Assembly (NCBI RefSeq): GCF_050320075.1
Contig: NZ_CP190021.1
From: Escherichia coli
GTDB lineage: Bacteria > Pseudomonadota > Gammaproteobacteria > Enterobacterales > Enterobacteriaceae
DNA length: 64,000 nt
Direction: 5' to 3' (one strand)
The position numbers were made by a program, and so were the translations under genes. Below are positions 17,967 through 28,274 of the stretch, one piece after another. The notes beneath the pieces were generated by a model. The model had not been told where the DNA came from. It did no database searches and saw nothing but the letters and a program-made list of their open reading frames with translations. Every line of letters begins with the position of its first letter. The first letter of the stretch is position 1.

Positions 17967-18402
17967 CGAAGGCTGACCTCATTGCGCCCTTTCTTCTTCA
18001 ATGAAGCGTATCCGGTATTGTTTCATTTCCCCTGAAGCCGATTAGCTCCAGCCGAATGCCTTTGCCATCCGGGGCCACGTTCTGCATTTCGCAGATACCA
18101 CGTCGGGTCATGAGTGTGAAGGCTGTCATTGCCAGCATGGCTAACGCATTTTCCTCGCTTCCGCTGCGTTTCTCGAGAGCATCGGCAATTTATTCTATGC
18201 TCCCCACCTGAAAGCAAGAGTCGAATTCTTTACTCCACTTTTCTGACATCGGATTTTCTCTCTGTATTTATGGGTAGTTATCGAACTGAATGTGCCAGTT
18301 TTTTCAGGAGACGGCAAAGTTGAGATGGTTGGTTCTGATTCAAAGCATGAGTTTCCCCGGTGTGACGGGCATGTCGGGCGGATTTTGAGAAACAACAGAT
18401 GT

Positions 18403-18433
18403 AAAAAAACCGACTGGTGAGGTCGGTTTTTTT
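18403..18433. terminator. bidirectional Rho-independent terminator
   Basis: A-run, hairpin aaccgac-tggtgag-gtcggtt, then T7. Confidence 0.7.
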
Positions 18434-18457
18434 ACTGTTCCGTTACAGAGTGGGTGG

Positions 18458-18489
18458 CTCTGGTCGGAAAAGAACTGTCTATAACTGAC
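18458..18489 (+). repeat. 32-bp direct repeat, copy 1 (ctctggtcggaaaagaactgtctataactgac)
   Basis: Matches 18646-18677 at 31 of 32 positions. Confidence 0.9.
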
Positions 18490-18548
18490 CTGTAGATAGT
18501 ACGTCTGGAATTATATTTCTGCAAGTACTGGATAAGTGTATACTCGGC

Positions 18549-18845
18549 ATGTCAGCTCTGAGGCATGTTCTGTCCGGCATATTGTTCAGCGGGAAGAACA
18601 GGTTACAAGTCCTGGCCAAAACATCAGGTGGTGCTGGTTTTGGTGCTCTGGTCGGAGAAGAACTGTCTATAACTGACACTATAGAAACCGTTGTGACAGG
18701 CAGTGTAAGAGCGAACAACGGGGTTCTTTCTCCAGTGATGGAGAAGCGGATGATTAATCTGTTAATCATCGTTCTCAGGGCAGTAGTTGCCGTTGCAAAC
18801 GCGCTGATTGCTGTTCTGGAACTGATCCGGGAACTTATCGACTGA
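18549..18845 (+). CDS. possible small protein with hydrophobic C-terminal helix (98 aa); uncertain
   Basis: ORF ending in a helix-like INLLIIVLRAVVAVANALIAVLELI; weak RBS; overlaps direct repeat copy 2. Confidence 0.3.
   Translation: MSALRHVLSGILFSGKNRLQVLAKTSGGAGFGALVGEELSITDTIETVVTGSVRANNGVLSPVMEKRMINLLIIVLRAVVAVANALIAVLELIRELID
18646..18677 (+). repeat. 32-bp direct repeat, copy 2
   Basis: Matches 18458-18489 at 31 of 32 positions; 188 bp spacing. Confidence 0.9.
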
Positions 18846-18909
18846 TAAGCCTGGAAACGTAACTAAGGGCAGGGAGTTACCGCTTCCTGCCCTTTAACAA
18901 AAAGAGATC

Positions 18910-19086
18910 TCACGTTAAAAATTTGTACCCTTCTTTAACTTCCAGTGCCTGCTCCTTTGACTCAAACATCAGTCTTGTTTTCCCGGGAACGCCCCATGAA
19001 ATGTATTCAACATCTATCCACCATTTTCCATATTCTTTATATGGCCCGGATATTACTTTTTTGACAAAGGCATCTACCAGATTCAT
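18910..19086 (-). CDS. hypothetical small protein (58 aa from the internal ATG)
   Basis: ORF MNLVDAFVKKVISGPYKEYGKWWIDVEY.. in an AT-rich segment; the long track version has an implausible N-terminus. Confidence 0.4.
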   Translation of the reverse strand: MNLVDAFVKKVISGPYKEYGKWWIDVEYISWGVPGKTRLMFESKEQALEVKEGYKFLT

Positions 19087-19471
19087 TGTTTTTTCCTTTT
19101 TGTGTTGAAAATAATTAATGCCAGAGCACAGCGAAAATAATGAATGCGCTGGCTGTGATAATTGCGATTTTCTCCCATATGATATTTTTCTCATGGGGGT
19201 TTCTACGGAGATTATTTCTTCGCATTGAGATACCGGTATTCATGTTTTATCTTGGACTTTTGTTTTGTTGTCTGTCTGGCAGGCTGTTCTGCGCCCGTTT
19301 GTGACAAGGTTAGCTTATGGGGTTAAATGGTCACGGACATCATGCGGACGGTTCCCTGTCACATGCCATCTGGTTTTTTCATTCAAATTGAGAGATATTG
19401 CTAAGTTGAGTCGCTTGCGATAGTGGACTCCTGTTTGTAAGTGAGTGCCATTGTTTATTTCATGAAGAGGA

Positions 19472-19687
19472 TTGATTATGAGCATGCCTCCTGCGATAGC
19501 TAATACTTTCTTGTTTGAAATGATGAAGAGTAAATCAAAAGACGTTACACTTGCTGCGATCTATGCATTAGGTGAAGGCCGGTGTCAGGCGGAGAACATT
19601 ACTCGTGAATTACATAGATTGAGTCAAAGTGATGATATGGAAATAAAAATTGCTGCGATTAAAGCACTTGGTCGAATTTATCGGTAA
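19472..19687 (+). CDS. small HEAT-repeat-like protein (71 aa)
   Basis: Two helix-pair motifs AAIYALGEG and IKIAAIKALGRI resembling HEAT/PBS-lyase repeats; GAGGA RBS. Confidence 0.4.
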   Translation: MIMSMPPAIANTFLFEMMKSKSKDVTLAAIYALGEGRCQAENITRELHRLSQSDDMEIKIAAIKALGRIYR

Positions 19688-19758
19688 CGGCATAAGTTAT
19701 CTGTTGTAATGAACAAAAGCCGGCTCATTTGAACCGGCTGTTATGGAGGGAGCTTATC

Positions 19759-20421
19759 TTAAAATACTTCGGCTACAGGCATGCCTGCAATCTGCTCCCA
19801 CTCCTTACGCTTCTCCTGAATCAGGCGAGGAAAGTCGACAGGGTAATCATATCCTCGACTTGCCATAGCGTGCATGGTGTTTGATGCGGTTTCTGGATGA
19901 GTACACCATGATGGAATAGGAACCATTGGCAGGTTGATGTATTTCGTATGAATTTCCAGTGTTTTGTCGTCTGTTACAGTACGAGTGAAATTATGAATGT
20001 CAAAACCGATAACATCCATAATGTTGCCTGGATAGATACGGACATACAACATTGTGCCATTTTTAAGGTCAATACCGAAATAAGCTCCCTGAGTTAAAGA
20101 TAATCCTTCATACCCCTTCTCTGGAGAGTAGAAGCCTGACTCTTTTATTGTTTGTACAACTTTTCTTATCTTTTCTCTCCTTGTTTTTGCACGTGAATAC
20201 ATCCATATACCTGGCGCAAGTAATAAGAACCAACTACCAAAAGTGACAACATAATCTTCAATGTTGTCACCATAATAACGAGAACTAAATAACATCAGTG
20301 TAGATGTCAGTGCGCAAAATAAAAAGAAAGGTATTCCTAAAAAGAAGTAAGCCTTCCTTAATACATAATATAACAACCACCAAGTTGGAAATCTGTCAGG
20401 TGTCTCTTTTTTATCTTTCAT
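19759..20421 (-). CDS. excA: entry-exclusion inner-membrane protein ExcA-like (220 aa)
   Basis: Membrane protein of expected size in an AT-rich segment between trbA and traY. Confidence 0.65.
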   Translation of the reverse strand: MKDKKETPDRFPTWWLLYYVLRKAYFFLGIPFFLFCALTSTLMLFSSRYYGDNIEDYVVTFGSWFLLLAPGIWMYSRAKTRREKIRKVVQTIKESGFYSPEKGYEGLSLTQGAYFGIDLKNGTMLYVRIYPGNIMDVIGFDIHNFTRTVTDDKTLEIHTKYINLPMVPIPSWCTHPETASNTMHAMASRGYDYPVDFPRLIQEKRKEWEQIAGMPVAEVF

Positions 20422-20485
20422 ACAATGCCTCCCCTCGTACTATCTATTATTTTAATGCCGATGGGGAGGTTGTGCAATATTTATA

Positions 20486-22717
20486 TTATCCTTTTATTCC
20501 GTCCTTGTCGTCACTTCCTTTATCTTTAAGACGATCTGTTTTCATTCCAGGAGTATGTCGGATATTGCGACTTCCTCCAATAAATATTTCTTTAACAGAA
20601 TTTGCCATGCTGCCAAGAGTGTTGGCTCCCTCACGCCCACCAAGGAAATTAATAACATGATCAGGTAGGTAGGCCTGAAGGGCAAATATGGCAGCTACAG
20701 AGGTTGTACAAATTCTGGCGTATATCAGCAAGAAACCAGCAAGACTGAAAATACCGGTCAGCGAATTGAACTGTACGTTAACCAGGGCAGCGCCAAATAA
20801 TGCATTCAGTATTGTGCCTACGGCGATGATGGCAACAGAAGCAAAGAAAAAACCAAAGACCATGATGGGCGGCCTTATCATACTATCAATTAAGTATATA
20901 TAACCGTAGGCTGCCCGACTTCCTCTATCTTCTGATGTTCCGAGATGTGTTGCAGCCCACAGAGGTCCGGCGGTACATCCTATTAATACACTGACTATCC
21001 AGTTCCCAATGCCTGTCATCCAGAAAATGAATGGTATAAATGGTAGGTAAATTGATAAGGAAAAACCCGCACAAAACAACAGGAACAACAAGAAATATAT
21101 TGGGGGAGCTGCAGCATCCAGCAGAGCAACTAATCCTTTAGGTAATCCAGAGAATAAATTGGCAACCTTTCCGAAAATAGAGTTATCACCTACTGTCGCG
21201 AGAACTCTAACTGTTGTATATCCACTCCAGAGAATCTCTGTTGTTCCTAATGTATAATCACCAATATTTTTCATCTTTATCAATGGATTGACCTGATCGC
21301 TTGTTGTTCCTGTGCCACTTATCTCTGTTGCTATCCAGTTGGTTCGATAGACAAAGAAGCTCATCATTTCAGATAAGGCAGACTTAGGATCTTGCGCATT
21401 GGCCATTCGTTGCTCATTGGCTGATGTAACAGTGCCCAGAGGTGGTGTATAGGTGGTGTTCTGTAATTGAGTCTTGTAGGCACTCATGACTGCACTGAAT
21501 AAGTCAGTATCACCAACTTCTCCCAGTGATGACATTGAAGTTACAGCTGGAGCTCTGTCAGCCAGCTCGGCCAGACGCTGGTTAGCAGTGGCAAAGGTCT
21601 GATACCATGCGCCAAGCGTTACCCACCCGTAGGTTGTGAGATAAGATTTAAGAGCCTCTTTTCTGGATTGCTCTCCGTTATCAGTGGGTAGCGATTTTTG
21701 TACAGCACGTTCATACTCGTCGGCTGCTCTCTGAATCCGTGTCTCGATATCCGGCAATGTTCCGTTGCCAGAATTTCTTTTTTCCAGAAATGTTGTCACA
21801 AACTCACTGGCAGCGTTGTCCATGTCGCTAATCATATTATCCATGGCTGCACGTTGTGCTGAGATAACACCGCTGTATTCGTTTTTACTGAAGGGATTAA
21901 AGAATTTTCCAATCGTCGATTGATCTGTTGTTCCGTTTCCTTCTACTGACAGGCTGGCTGAACCACAGATACCGCTGCCATTGGATACCGTGACAGTGTA
22001 ATTACCACTGGCGGTTTTAGCTGATTCTGTCATCAGTGAAGTCGAGGATTTGGCCGTCTGATTAAAATCATTTAGTCCTGCGTTAACCGCATACTTACAC
22101 AGTTCCATTTCAAAAATGCCACGCGCTGCTGTTTGTGTGGATGCCTGAACTGGCTGTACAGTCATTGAATAACCATTTGCGATATTATCAGCGGCAAGTT
22201 GCACCATCACATTGGCGGACCCAACCCCCATTATCGATGCGCCCCATAACATAATGAGCTGAGCGATACTCCAGCCATTTCCGGTTGGAACGATCATCAG
22301 AAAACCTGCAACGACACTCAGTGTGCCGACGATATCGCGTCCGGTGCTGAATACCTGTCCCTGATGCCCCGAACGCACAACATGACGGATACCAATGAAC
22401 ATAAACCAGACAACGGCAAGTACGGCGATGATACTGTTGAACGCCCCGAACATGCTTCCGATCAGAGTGGGGGCGCTGGTTGACAGTGGATTGGTGACTA
22501 CATCACCGAATATCGTGACCAGCGCCTGGCGAGACAGATCGTCAGGATTGGTTGCGGCAGACACAATATCCTGATAGGTCACTGAAGCCATTGCCGGCAG
22601 TGAGGATATAGCAAGGCCTGCACAGAGTGCGCGAAGTAAAATTTTCACAGTAACTCCGGAATAGAATTGCGTATGGGCAAAGGCCACACAGGATTTAATT
22701 AAGGGGGATGGCGACAT
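20486..22717 (-). CDS. traY: TraY polytopic inner-membrane protein (DotA-like) of the type IVB secretion system
   Basis: 743 aa with many transmembrane segments; synteny and size. Confidence 0.8.
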   Translation of the reverse strand: MSPSPLIKSCVAFAHTQFYSGVTVKILLRALCAGLAISSLPAMASVTYQDIVSAATNPDDLSRQALVTIFGDVVTNPLSTSAPTLIGSMFGAFNSIIAVLAVVWFMFIGIRHVVRSGHQGQVFSTGRDIVGTLSVVAGFLMIVPTGNGWSIAQLIMLWGASIMGVGSANVMVQLAADNIANGYSMTVQPVQASTQTAARGIFEMELCKYAVNAGLNDFNQTAKSSTSLMTESAKTASGNYTVTVSNGSGICGSASLSVEGNGTTDQSTIGKFFNPFSKNEYSGVISAQRAAMDNMISDMDNAASEFVTTFLEKRNSGNGTLPDIETRIQRAADEYERAVQKSLPTDNGEQSRKEALKSYLTTYGWVTLGAWYQTFATANQRLAELADRAPAVTSMSSLGEVGDTDLFSAVMSAYKTQLQNTTYTPPLGTVTSANEQRMANAQDPKSALSEMMSFFVYRTNWIATEISGTGTTSDQVNPLIKMKNIGDYTLGTTEILWSGYTTVRVLATVGDNSIFGKVANLFSGLPKGLVALLDAAAPPIYFLLFLLFCAGFSLSIYLPFIPFIFWMTGIGNWIVSVLIGCTAGPLWAATHLGTSEDRGSRAAYGYIYLIDSMIRPPIMVFGFFFASVAIIAVGTILNALFGAALVNVQFNSLTGIFSLAGFLLIYARICTTSVAAIFALQAYLPDHVINFLGGREGANTLGSMANSVKEIFIGGSRNIRHTPGMKTDRLKDKGSDDKDGIKG

Positions 22718-22744
22718 GCCAGTGGTACTGGCATCTGGACGTGA

Positions 22745-23329
22745 TCAGTATTGTTTACTGGTTACGGCAATTAACGTGGCATTGCGCCAGCCATTGCGGT
22801 CGTTCAGAAAATCACGGAAAGTCCCCTGCTCGGGTTCGCTGACTTTTCGTTCATGCAACTGCCAGAGGCGGTATGTAACAATCAGTGCTCTGGAAGCACA
22901 AAGAGCGACGCCTGACAGTATCAGCACAAGAGTGCTGATGGCGCGTACCAGAGTCGTAAGAGGTAATGAAGAGGCGGCAAAGAGCATACCACTGAGAAAC
23001 AAAGCGATGGCCAGCAGACTCCAGCAACAGAATCGCCATACTGTTCTGCGCCGGCGGAAACGACGATCCAGATCGTCTACTGACATATGGCTGGCCTGCA
23101 GAGCTTCTTCCCACGTGAGGTGGAGTTGCGCCTTTTTATTATTTACCTGACGAAATCTGTCCAGTCTGCGTTTTTGTTGTTCCAGCATATGCTGTACAGA
23201 ATTCGTTATCAGGCGAGTCTCCATCAGAGGAACAAAAATGTTAATAATCCCCCGGGTGGCTATGCGGGTTATGGATGGTGATTTTTTGACGTTTTTCGTC
23301 TGGTCTGAATTTTCCGGTAACTTATTCAT
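22745..23329 (-). CDS. traX: TraX membrane protein
   Basis: 194 aa, transmembrane segments, synteny. Confidence 0.65.
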   Translation of the reverse strand: MNKLPENSDQTKNVKKSPSITRIATRGIINIFVPLMETRLITNSVQHMLEQQKRRLDRFRQVNNKKAQLHLTWEEALQASHMSVDDLDRRFRRRRTVWRFCCWSLLAIALFLSGMLFAASSLPLTTLVRAISTLVLILSGVALCASRALIVTYRLWQLHERKVSEPEQGTFRDFLNDRNGWRNATLIAVTSKQY

Positions 23330-23357
23330 TTTTTCAGTCCTGTTCTGACGTCAGCTT

Positions 23358-24560
23358 TCAACGTGCGTTTGCCTGATTGATTGTTTTCTCAAGGCTACCG
23401 AGTTGTTTTTCATAATACTGGCGGGCGGTCAGAGCCAGTTGCTGTCCAGAGATGACATTACCCTGGCGGATCTGTTCTTTCAGGTCGTTCAGTTGCCAGT
23501 TCATTTGCGCAGTGATTCTTACCAGTTCACGGAGCAGGTTATCTCCCTGCATTTCCTGTAAATCCACCAGGTATGCTGTGTTGGCGTAGCGCCGGCCAGC
23601 CTCAAAAGCTTCAAACTCACGGGTACTCATATATCCCCGTGCTTTTGCTTCTGGTGAAGCCACCTGGTCGAAGTAAGCGGCCGCTGAGTCTGACTGCAGT
23701 GTTTCAGCCAGTGCTTTACGTGTGCTTTCATTAGGCGTGCTGTCAGCAATCAGCGTCAGTTGGGGATTCGACGCAGAATCAATGATGCCGTTGTATTCGT
23801 TCTGGAGTCCGACGTAGGTTCGCCCACTCTGGGTATTCACTTCTCCTTTACCCAGAGCACGACCGGCAGAGGGGCGGGAAGTGTTTTTCATGTAAGCCGT
23901 CGCTGCATCTATTTGCTTCTGATCCCATGTCAGTGCTGCAGGTGTGTCCGCTGTACCTGCGCCGTGGTAAATCGAGCGTACCTGACTGTCTCCACCTGGT
24001 ATTTCGCCCACAGAAGGACAAACGGCGGTTCCTCCAAAACGTGCATATTCTGCTTCTGTACAGTAACTGGCGTGTATGGCCGCGCCATCATAAGCTTCCC
24101 GCACGGGAGAGTTTGCTGCGCTGGCCAGACGGTCGCGGATGCTACGGTTGCTCACACCGCCACCTTTACTGAGTTTTGAGGCTGCGGATGCTGAGGCACT
24201 TTTGCTTTCTGTTGCAATCCCTGATGCGGATTCACTGCAGATGGAGTCTGGCACGGTGAAGCTTTTCCGTGCCTCCTCGAGGCGCTGAGTTTCATTACTG
24301 AAAATCATCTGCTGACGTGTCGCCTGTCCGTTCTGGGCAATGACACTTGCCAGCTTTTCAGAGTTCTGATTGATAGCGGTACCCGTGGCTGTCTGGGTAC
24401 TCAGTATGTTGCCAAGGACATCTTTGATGGCTTCCATTCTGGGGATGACCTGCTCTTCAACAGGCCGGCTGGCGACGACGGTGACTGAATAAGCATGAGC
24501 CTGGCATGCCGTTCCACTCAGGGTGGCTATAAGGGCTGCGAGTAATGTTTTTCTTTGCAT
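23358..24560 (-). CDS. traW: TraW lipoprotein
   Basis: 400 aa with signal peptide and lipobox-like LSGTAC; synteny. Confidence 0.75.
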   Translation of the reverse strand: MQRKTLLAALIATLSGTACQAHAYSVTVVASRPVEEQVIPRMEAIKDVLGNILSTQTATGTAINQNSEKLASVIAQNGQATRQQMIFSNETQRLEEARKSFTVPDSICSESASGIATESKSASASAASKLSKGGGVSNRSIRDRLASAANSPVREAYDGAAIHASYCTEAEYARFGGTAVCPSVGEIPGGDSQVRSIYHGAGTADTPAALTWDQKQIDAATAYMKNTSRPSAGRALGKGEVNTQSGRTYVGLQNEYNGIIDSASNPQLTLIADSTPNESTRKALAETLQSDSAAAYFDQVASPEAKARGYMSTREFEAFEAGRRYANTAYLVDLQEMQGDNLLRELVRITAQMNWQLNDLKEQIRQGNVISGQQLALTARQYYEKQLGSLEKTINQANAR

Positions 24561-25141
24561 TTTATTGTCTCCTGCTCGGGATGGAGCACAAGGTCAGGAA
24601 GGCTGTCGTATTTTCTGTTTTCAGGTAGTGGGGCCAGTGGGAAACACTGAAATCGCCTGGTGATATAACCTTTCCTGTTCCGGTTATCGATGATGCTGAA
24701 AGAACGACGTCTGACGCGCCGTAAGGTGGAAGGGTCAGTATCCATAACAGGCCAGTCACCGGCACTCAGTGCCGGCGTTCCGGGAACGGATGGCCATAAC
24801 CAGGTATCATCGGACATCAGCGAAGCCAGCGGTGAAGGGAGTATCCACTGGATGACATGCTGAACGTCGAATGGTGCTTCATCCGGGACAGAAACCTGCC
24901 ATATTGCCGTTGTTATCAGCTCATCTGTGCTGGACGGCAACAACAACCGCATGCCTGTAACCTTTCCCTGTGTTCTGGCATCCGAGGCGTATATCACTCT
25001 GGGATTGGGGGCCGGATGTAACCTGAAGACACGTGACGGCAGAGTGAATGAGAAACTGTCACCTTTTACCTCAAGTTTTTTAAGAAATACCTGCCCTCTG
25101 GCAGGTCTCCGGCAGCGTGGGGTGATATGAATTGTACACAT
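24527..25141 (-). CDS. traV: TraV
   Basis: 204 aa, overlapping coupling with traW and traU. Confidence 0.65.
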   Translation of the reverse strand: MCTIHITPRCRRPARGQVFLKKLEVKGDSFSFTLPSRVFRLHPAPNPRVIYASDARTQGKVTGMRLLLPSSTDELITTAIWQVSVPDEAPFDVQHVIQWILPSPLASLMSDDTWLWPSVPGTPALSAGDWPVMDTDPSTLRRVRRRSFSIIDNRNRKGYITRRFQCFPLAPLPENRKYDSLPDLVLHPEQETIKCKEKHYSQPL

Positions 25142-28100
25142 CAGAGATTGTATCCCTGTTTTCGGATGAGCTCCGAGGCCAGTTCTTCAATAACATTGTC
25201 ACTGTTATGTTGGCCCGCCCGGTGCTCAATTAATGACGTTGCAGAACCTCTGGGGAAGTTTTCGGCCAGAATCTTACGTGCCCGAACTGAACCTAACTTA
25301 TTTGTCAGTGTTTTACGCAGGGCACTGTCTTTTGGCGATGAGTTCAGCGCCCATAGCTCCAGTGGACCGACGGTAAATTTGAGTATTCTCGCAAGCGTGC
25401 CACTTTTTACCCTGAATACTCCCAGAACAGGAACACCACTACCATCTGGTGCCGGGCCTTCCGGCATTTTCAGGAAGCGTTTCAGCATAAATTCAGGAAC
25501 GTTGAAGTTATCCCTCAGTACGGGGATATCTTCGGGTTTGTAGCGCAGTAACCAGAGAGTATTTGCTGACTTAAGAACGCTTTCCGGGTAGTCCCTCAGA
25601 TACTGCGTACTCAGAACCGTGCGGATAGCAAACTTGCGTTGCTCACGCTCCTGGGTATCCAGATTTTCCCAGATGAAGTCAATGCCCCGGGCGTTATGCA
25701 GTTCATCATAAACTTTTGTCTTAACCTCCTGATCAAGTTGGTTAATACGTTTAAGAGCGATTTCATGGTATTCCCGTGGAAGCTGCTTTAACACTTCATC
25801 CCTGTATTGTGGCAGGGTGAAGTCACCACCGGCGATCTGACCTGCAAGCAGGTACATGATGCCGGTTTTAAGCCTGCCTGCAGGCGTTTTGTCACCGGCA
25901 ACATTATTCAGATCGACAGCGATGACCCGGGTTTCCGGGTTGATCATAAACCGGGTATACCCGGATATCATGGGGTAGTCGTTATGTCCCTGCTCCAGGG
26001 CGCGGCGGATGTAGTCCAGCAGAAGCTCGTTTGAACCATCACGCTGAACAGTACCGAAAACATCCCTGAGACTGGTATGGCCCAGCATCGAGGACACTTC
26101 GGGAAGCTGGGGCATTGCCTGATAATGTGCCCGCTGAGCCGCCATGATATACCCGGCATTGTGGAGCATATCCCGGACTTCGAACCAGGTTGATCTGGCC
26201 CACCAGGTTGCATCATGTTTTTCATACAGTCCCGAGTCCTGCAGTGCTGAATCCACCAGTTCTTCCGTTGAGGCGCGATAAAGTCGCGGATTATTTTCAC
26301 CGTACTCTTTAAAAGCCAGCTCGATAAGCTGGTTGATAATTTGTCGGGTGTCTCCGGGGTTACAGGGTTGACCGGTACCGGTATCGACACAGAGAGCACA
26401 CAGCACCGATGACATGAAATTCTTTTCCGGCGTAATAGGCTTTTTAGCGCCGTACATCACGTCAAAAAGGTTACGGGTGTATTCCGGATCATTGCTCAGA
26501 ATAATACCGACAGCTTCGTCTTTTCTTTCCGGAGGAAGACTGTCGCGAATAAGCTGAACCAGTCCCTGAGCACTGTATCCCTTATCGATATAGGCAATGA
26601 AGGGCAGGTTTTTCTGAGCAGATGATATCTGTATTTCCGACAATGTATTAATCAGAACTGATTTACCCAGTCCCGGATCGCCTGGTGCGAGTTCTGTATG
26701 TTTATTTTGTTGGGATGACGCCAGACCAACCTCAATTGCGGAACCGTCTTCTGTATGTAACATCAGATTCCCTTTGCCTCGCCAGACAGAGCCTGCCCTG
26801 TTAAGCGGGAAAAGCGAGATGGCATGTGACAACGGGGGATACAGGGGAACCGGGCCGGAGCCTCCGGATGCCGCGAGAATGGTATTCACCCAGGCGCGTC
26901 GGGGATCGCCAAATGTTGTCGTGGTGCCACATACGCCCCAGCCTTCAATGGCTGATTTCAGAATGGCCTGGTTTCGTGTGCATATTTCACGTGTTTTTCC
27001 CCACGTGGAGGCCATGATGGTCATTATGCAGACAGGTTCTTTTTCATCCGTTGCCGCCAGGGCCATAACGGATTCATACATTGGACGAACGGCAGAAATG
27101 AAACTGCTGTAAGTCAGAAGCGTTTTCTTCAGATTAAGAGCCTTCATCCCGCCGGGCATCAGATCCATTCTGATGCGCCAGGGGACTGCGCGTGGGACGG
27201 CACGGACCAGTTCGTTAAACGTCTGCAGATTTTGCGGAGGTAAAGTAATCGATACCATTCCGTGCCAGAGTCCGCCCGCCTGAACCAGGTTGCCCTGTGT
27301 GGTCACCTGAGTGTTGAATAACTGCAAATGCAATGAAGGAGCATGTAGTACGGATTCATCGTCAGTCCAGCGATATCCCGCTGGCTGGGCATCTTCAGGC
27401 AGGTGGGGTTGCCAGTTACGCGGTGTGCTGTGCCGTTCTGTCTGACGACGTATTTCACGCCCGACCTCGTGTATATCCAGTAGCCGGAGAATCAGGCCAT
27501 CAGATGAATGTCTCAGTGCCTGTTCCACATTATCAAGAAAAGCTTCGTGGCGGATTTTCAGTGCAGATAAGGTCCACTGCCAGGGGGACTGGGCAAAGCG
27601 TGCTTTCGGTACCCGTTCAGCCAGTCTTCTGACAAGCTCATCATGGGCGGTACGATCGCTGTTGCTGATAAGGTCGGGTCCACTCCAGATCGCCAGCCAG
27701 CAACGCTCCCGGACCAGCCATGGGGACAGTGTTGTGACTTTCTCATCGACCACATCCTGTAACTGGATACCTGTATTAGCCAGTGAGCGCTTTTGTGGGG
27801 CGACCATGTCTTCGATTTCTTCTTTCCCCATGTCAGGATCACGCTCAAAAACGAAGCTGATTTTATGACCGCTGTTTTTATATGCCGTATTCAGGCTGTC
27901 ACTCATGCTGGTGATCAGCGATTCCAGTGAACCTGGGCCAGTCTGGTCGGATGCTTCATCCATTTCCCTGAAAGCACCGCTGACTTCAAAGACAGAGAGA
28001 TATTCTCCACGCTTTGTGGCTGCAATATAGGGCGAATTCAGCCATGGGCGACGTTCACGATCCTGTCTGTCCAGACCTATTACAGTACGTAAATCGCAAT

Positions 28101-28185
28101 ACTCAACAAAACTGCTTGCGACAGAGAAACGGGATAGCGTGTTCAGACAGTCTTCGATAGTGAAGATTAAACGGTTTATGTTCAT
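25141..28185 (-). CDS. traU: TraU, VirB4/DotO-like conjugative ATPase (1014 aa from the internal ATG at 28185)
   Basis: Walker A GDPGLGKS; length from the MNINRL start equals the recalled 1014 aa of IncI1 TraU. Confidence 0.9.
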   Translation of the reverse strand: MNINRLIFTIEDCLNTLSRFSVASSFVEYCDLRTVIGLDRQDRERRPWLNSPYIAATKRGEYLSVFEVSGAFREMDEASDQTGPGSLESLITSMSDSLNTAYKNSGHKISFVFERDPDMGKEEIEDMVAPQKRSLANTGIQLQDVVDEKVTTLSPWLVRERCWLAIWSGPDLISNSDRTAHDELVRRLAERVPKARFAQSPWQWTLSALKIRHEAFLDNVEQALRHSSDGLILRLLDIHEVGREIRRQTERHSTPRNWQPHLPEDAQPAGYRWTDDESVLHAPSLHLQLFNTQVTTQGNLVQAGGLWHGMVSITLPPQNLQTFNELVRAVPRAVPWRIRMDLMPGGMKALNLKKTLLTYSSFISAVRPMYESVMALAATDEKEPVCIMTIMASTWGKTREICTRNQAILKSAIEGWGVCGTTTTFGDPRRAWVNTILAASGGSGPVPLYPPLSHAISLFPLNRAGSVWRGKGNLMLHTEDGSAIEVGLASSQQNKHTELAPGDPGLGKSVLINTLSEIQISSAQKNLPFIAYIDKGYSAQGLVQLIRDSLPPERKDEAVGIILSNDPEYTRNLFDVMYGAKKPITPEKNFMSSVLCALCVDTGTGQPCNPGDTRQIINQLIELAFKEYGENNPRLYRASTEELVDSALQDSGLYEKHDATWWARSTWFEVRDMLHNAGYIMAAQRAHYQAMPQLPEVSSMLGHTSLRDVFGTVQRDGSNELLLDYIRRALEQGHNDYPMISGYTRFMINPETRVIAVDLNNVAGDKTPAGRLKTGIMYLLAGQIAGGDFTLPQYRDEVLKQLPREYHEIALKRINQLDQEVKTKVYDELHNARGIDFIWENLDTQEREQRKFAIRTVLSTQYLRDYPESVLKSANTLWLLRYKPEDIPVLRDNFNVPEFMLKRFLKMPEGPAPDGSGVPVLGVFRVKSGTLARILKFTVGPLELWALNSSPKDSALRKTLTNKLGSVRARKILAENFPRGSATSLIEHRAGQHNSDNVIEELASELIRKQGYNL

Positions 28186-28274
28186 AGGTGAGGGAACTCC
28201 GGACTTACAGGAGGGAGGTTTGTGCAGTTTGATTTTTTTAATGCCACCCCGCGCTGGAGTGGCATGAAGAAAAA

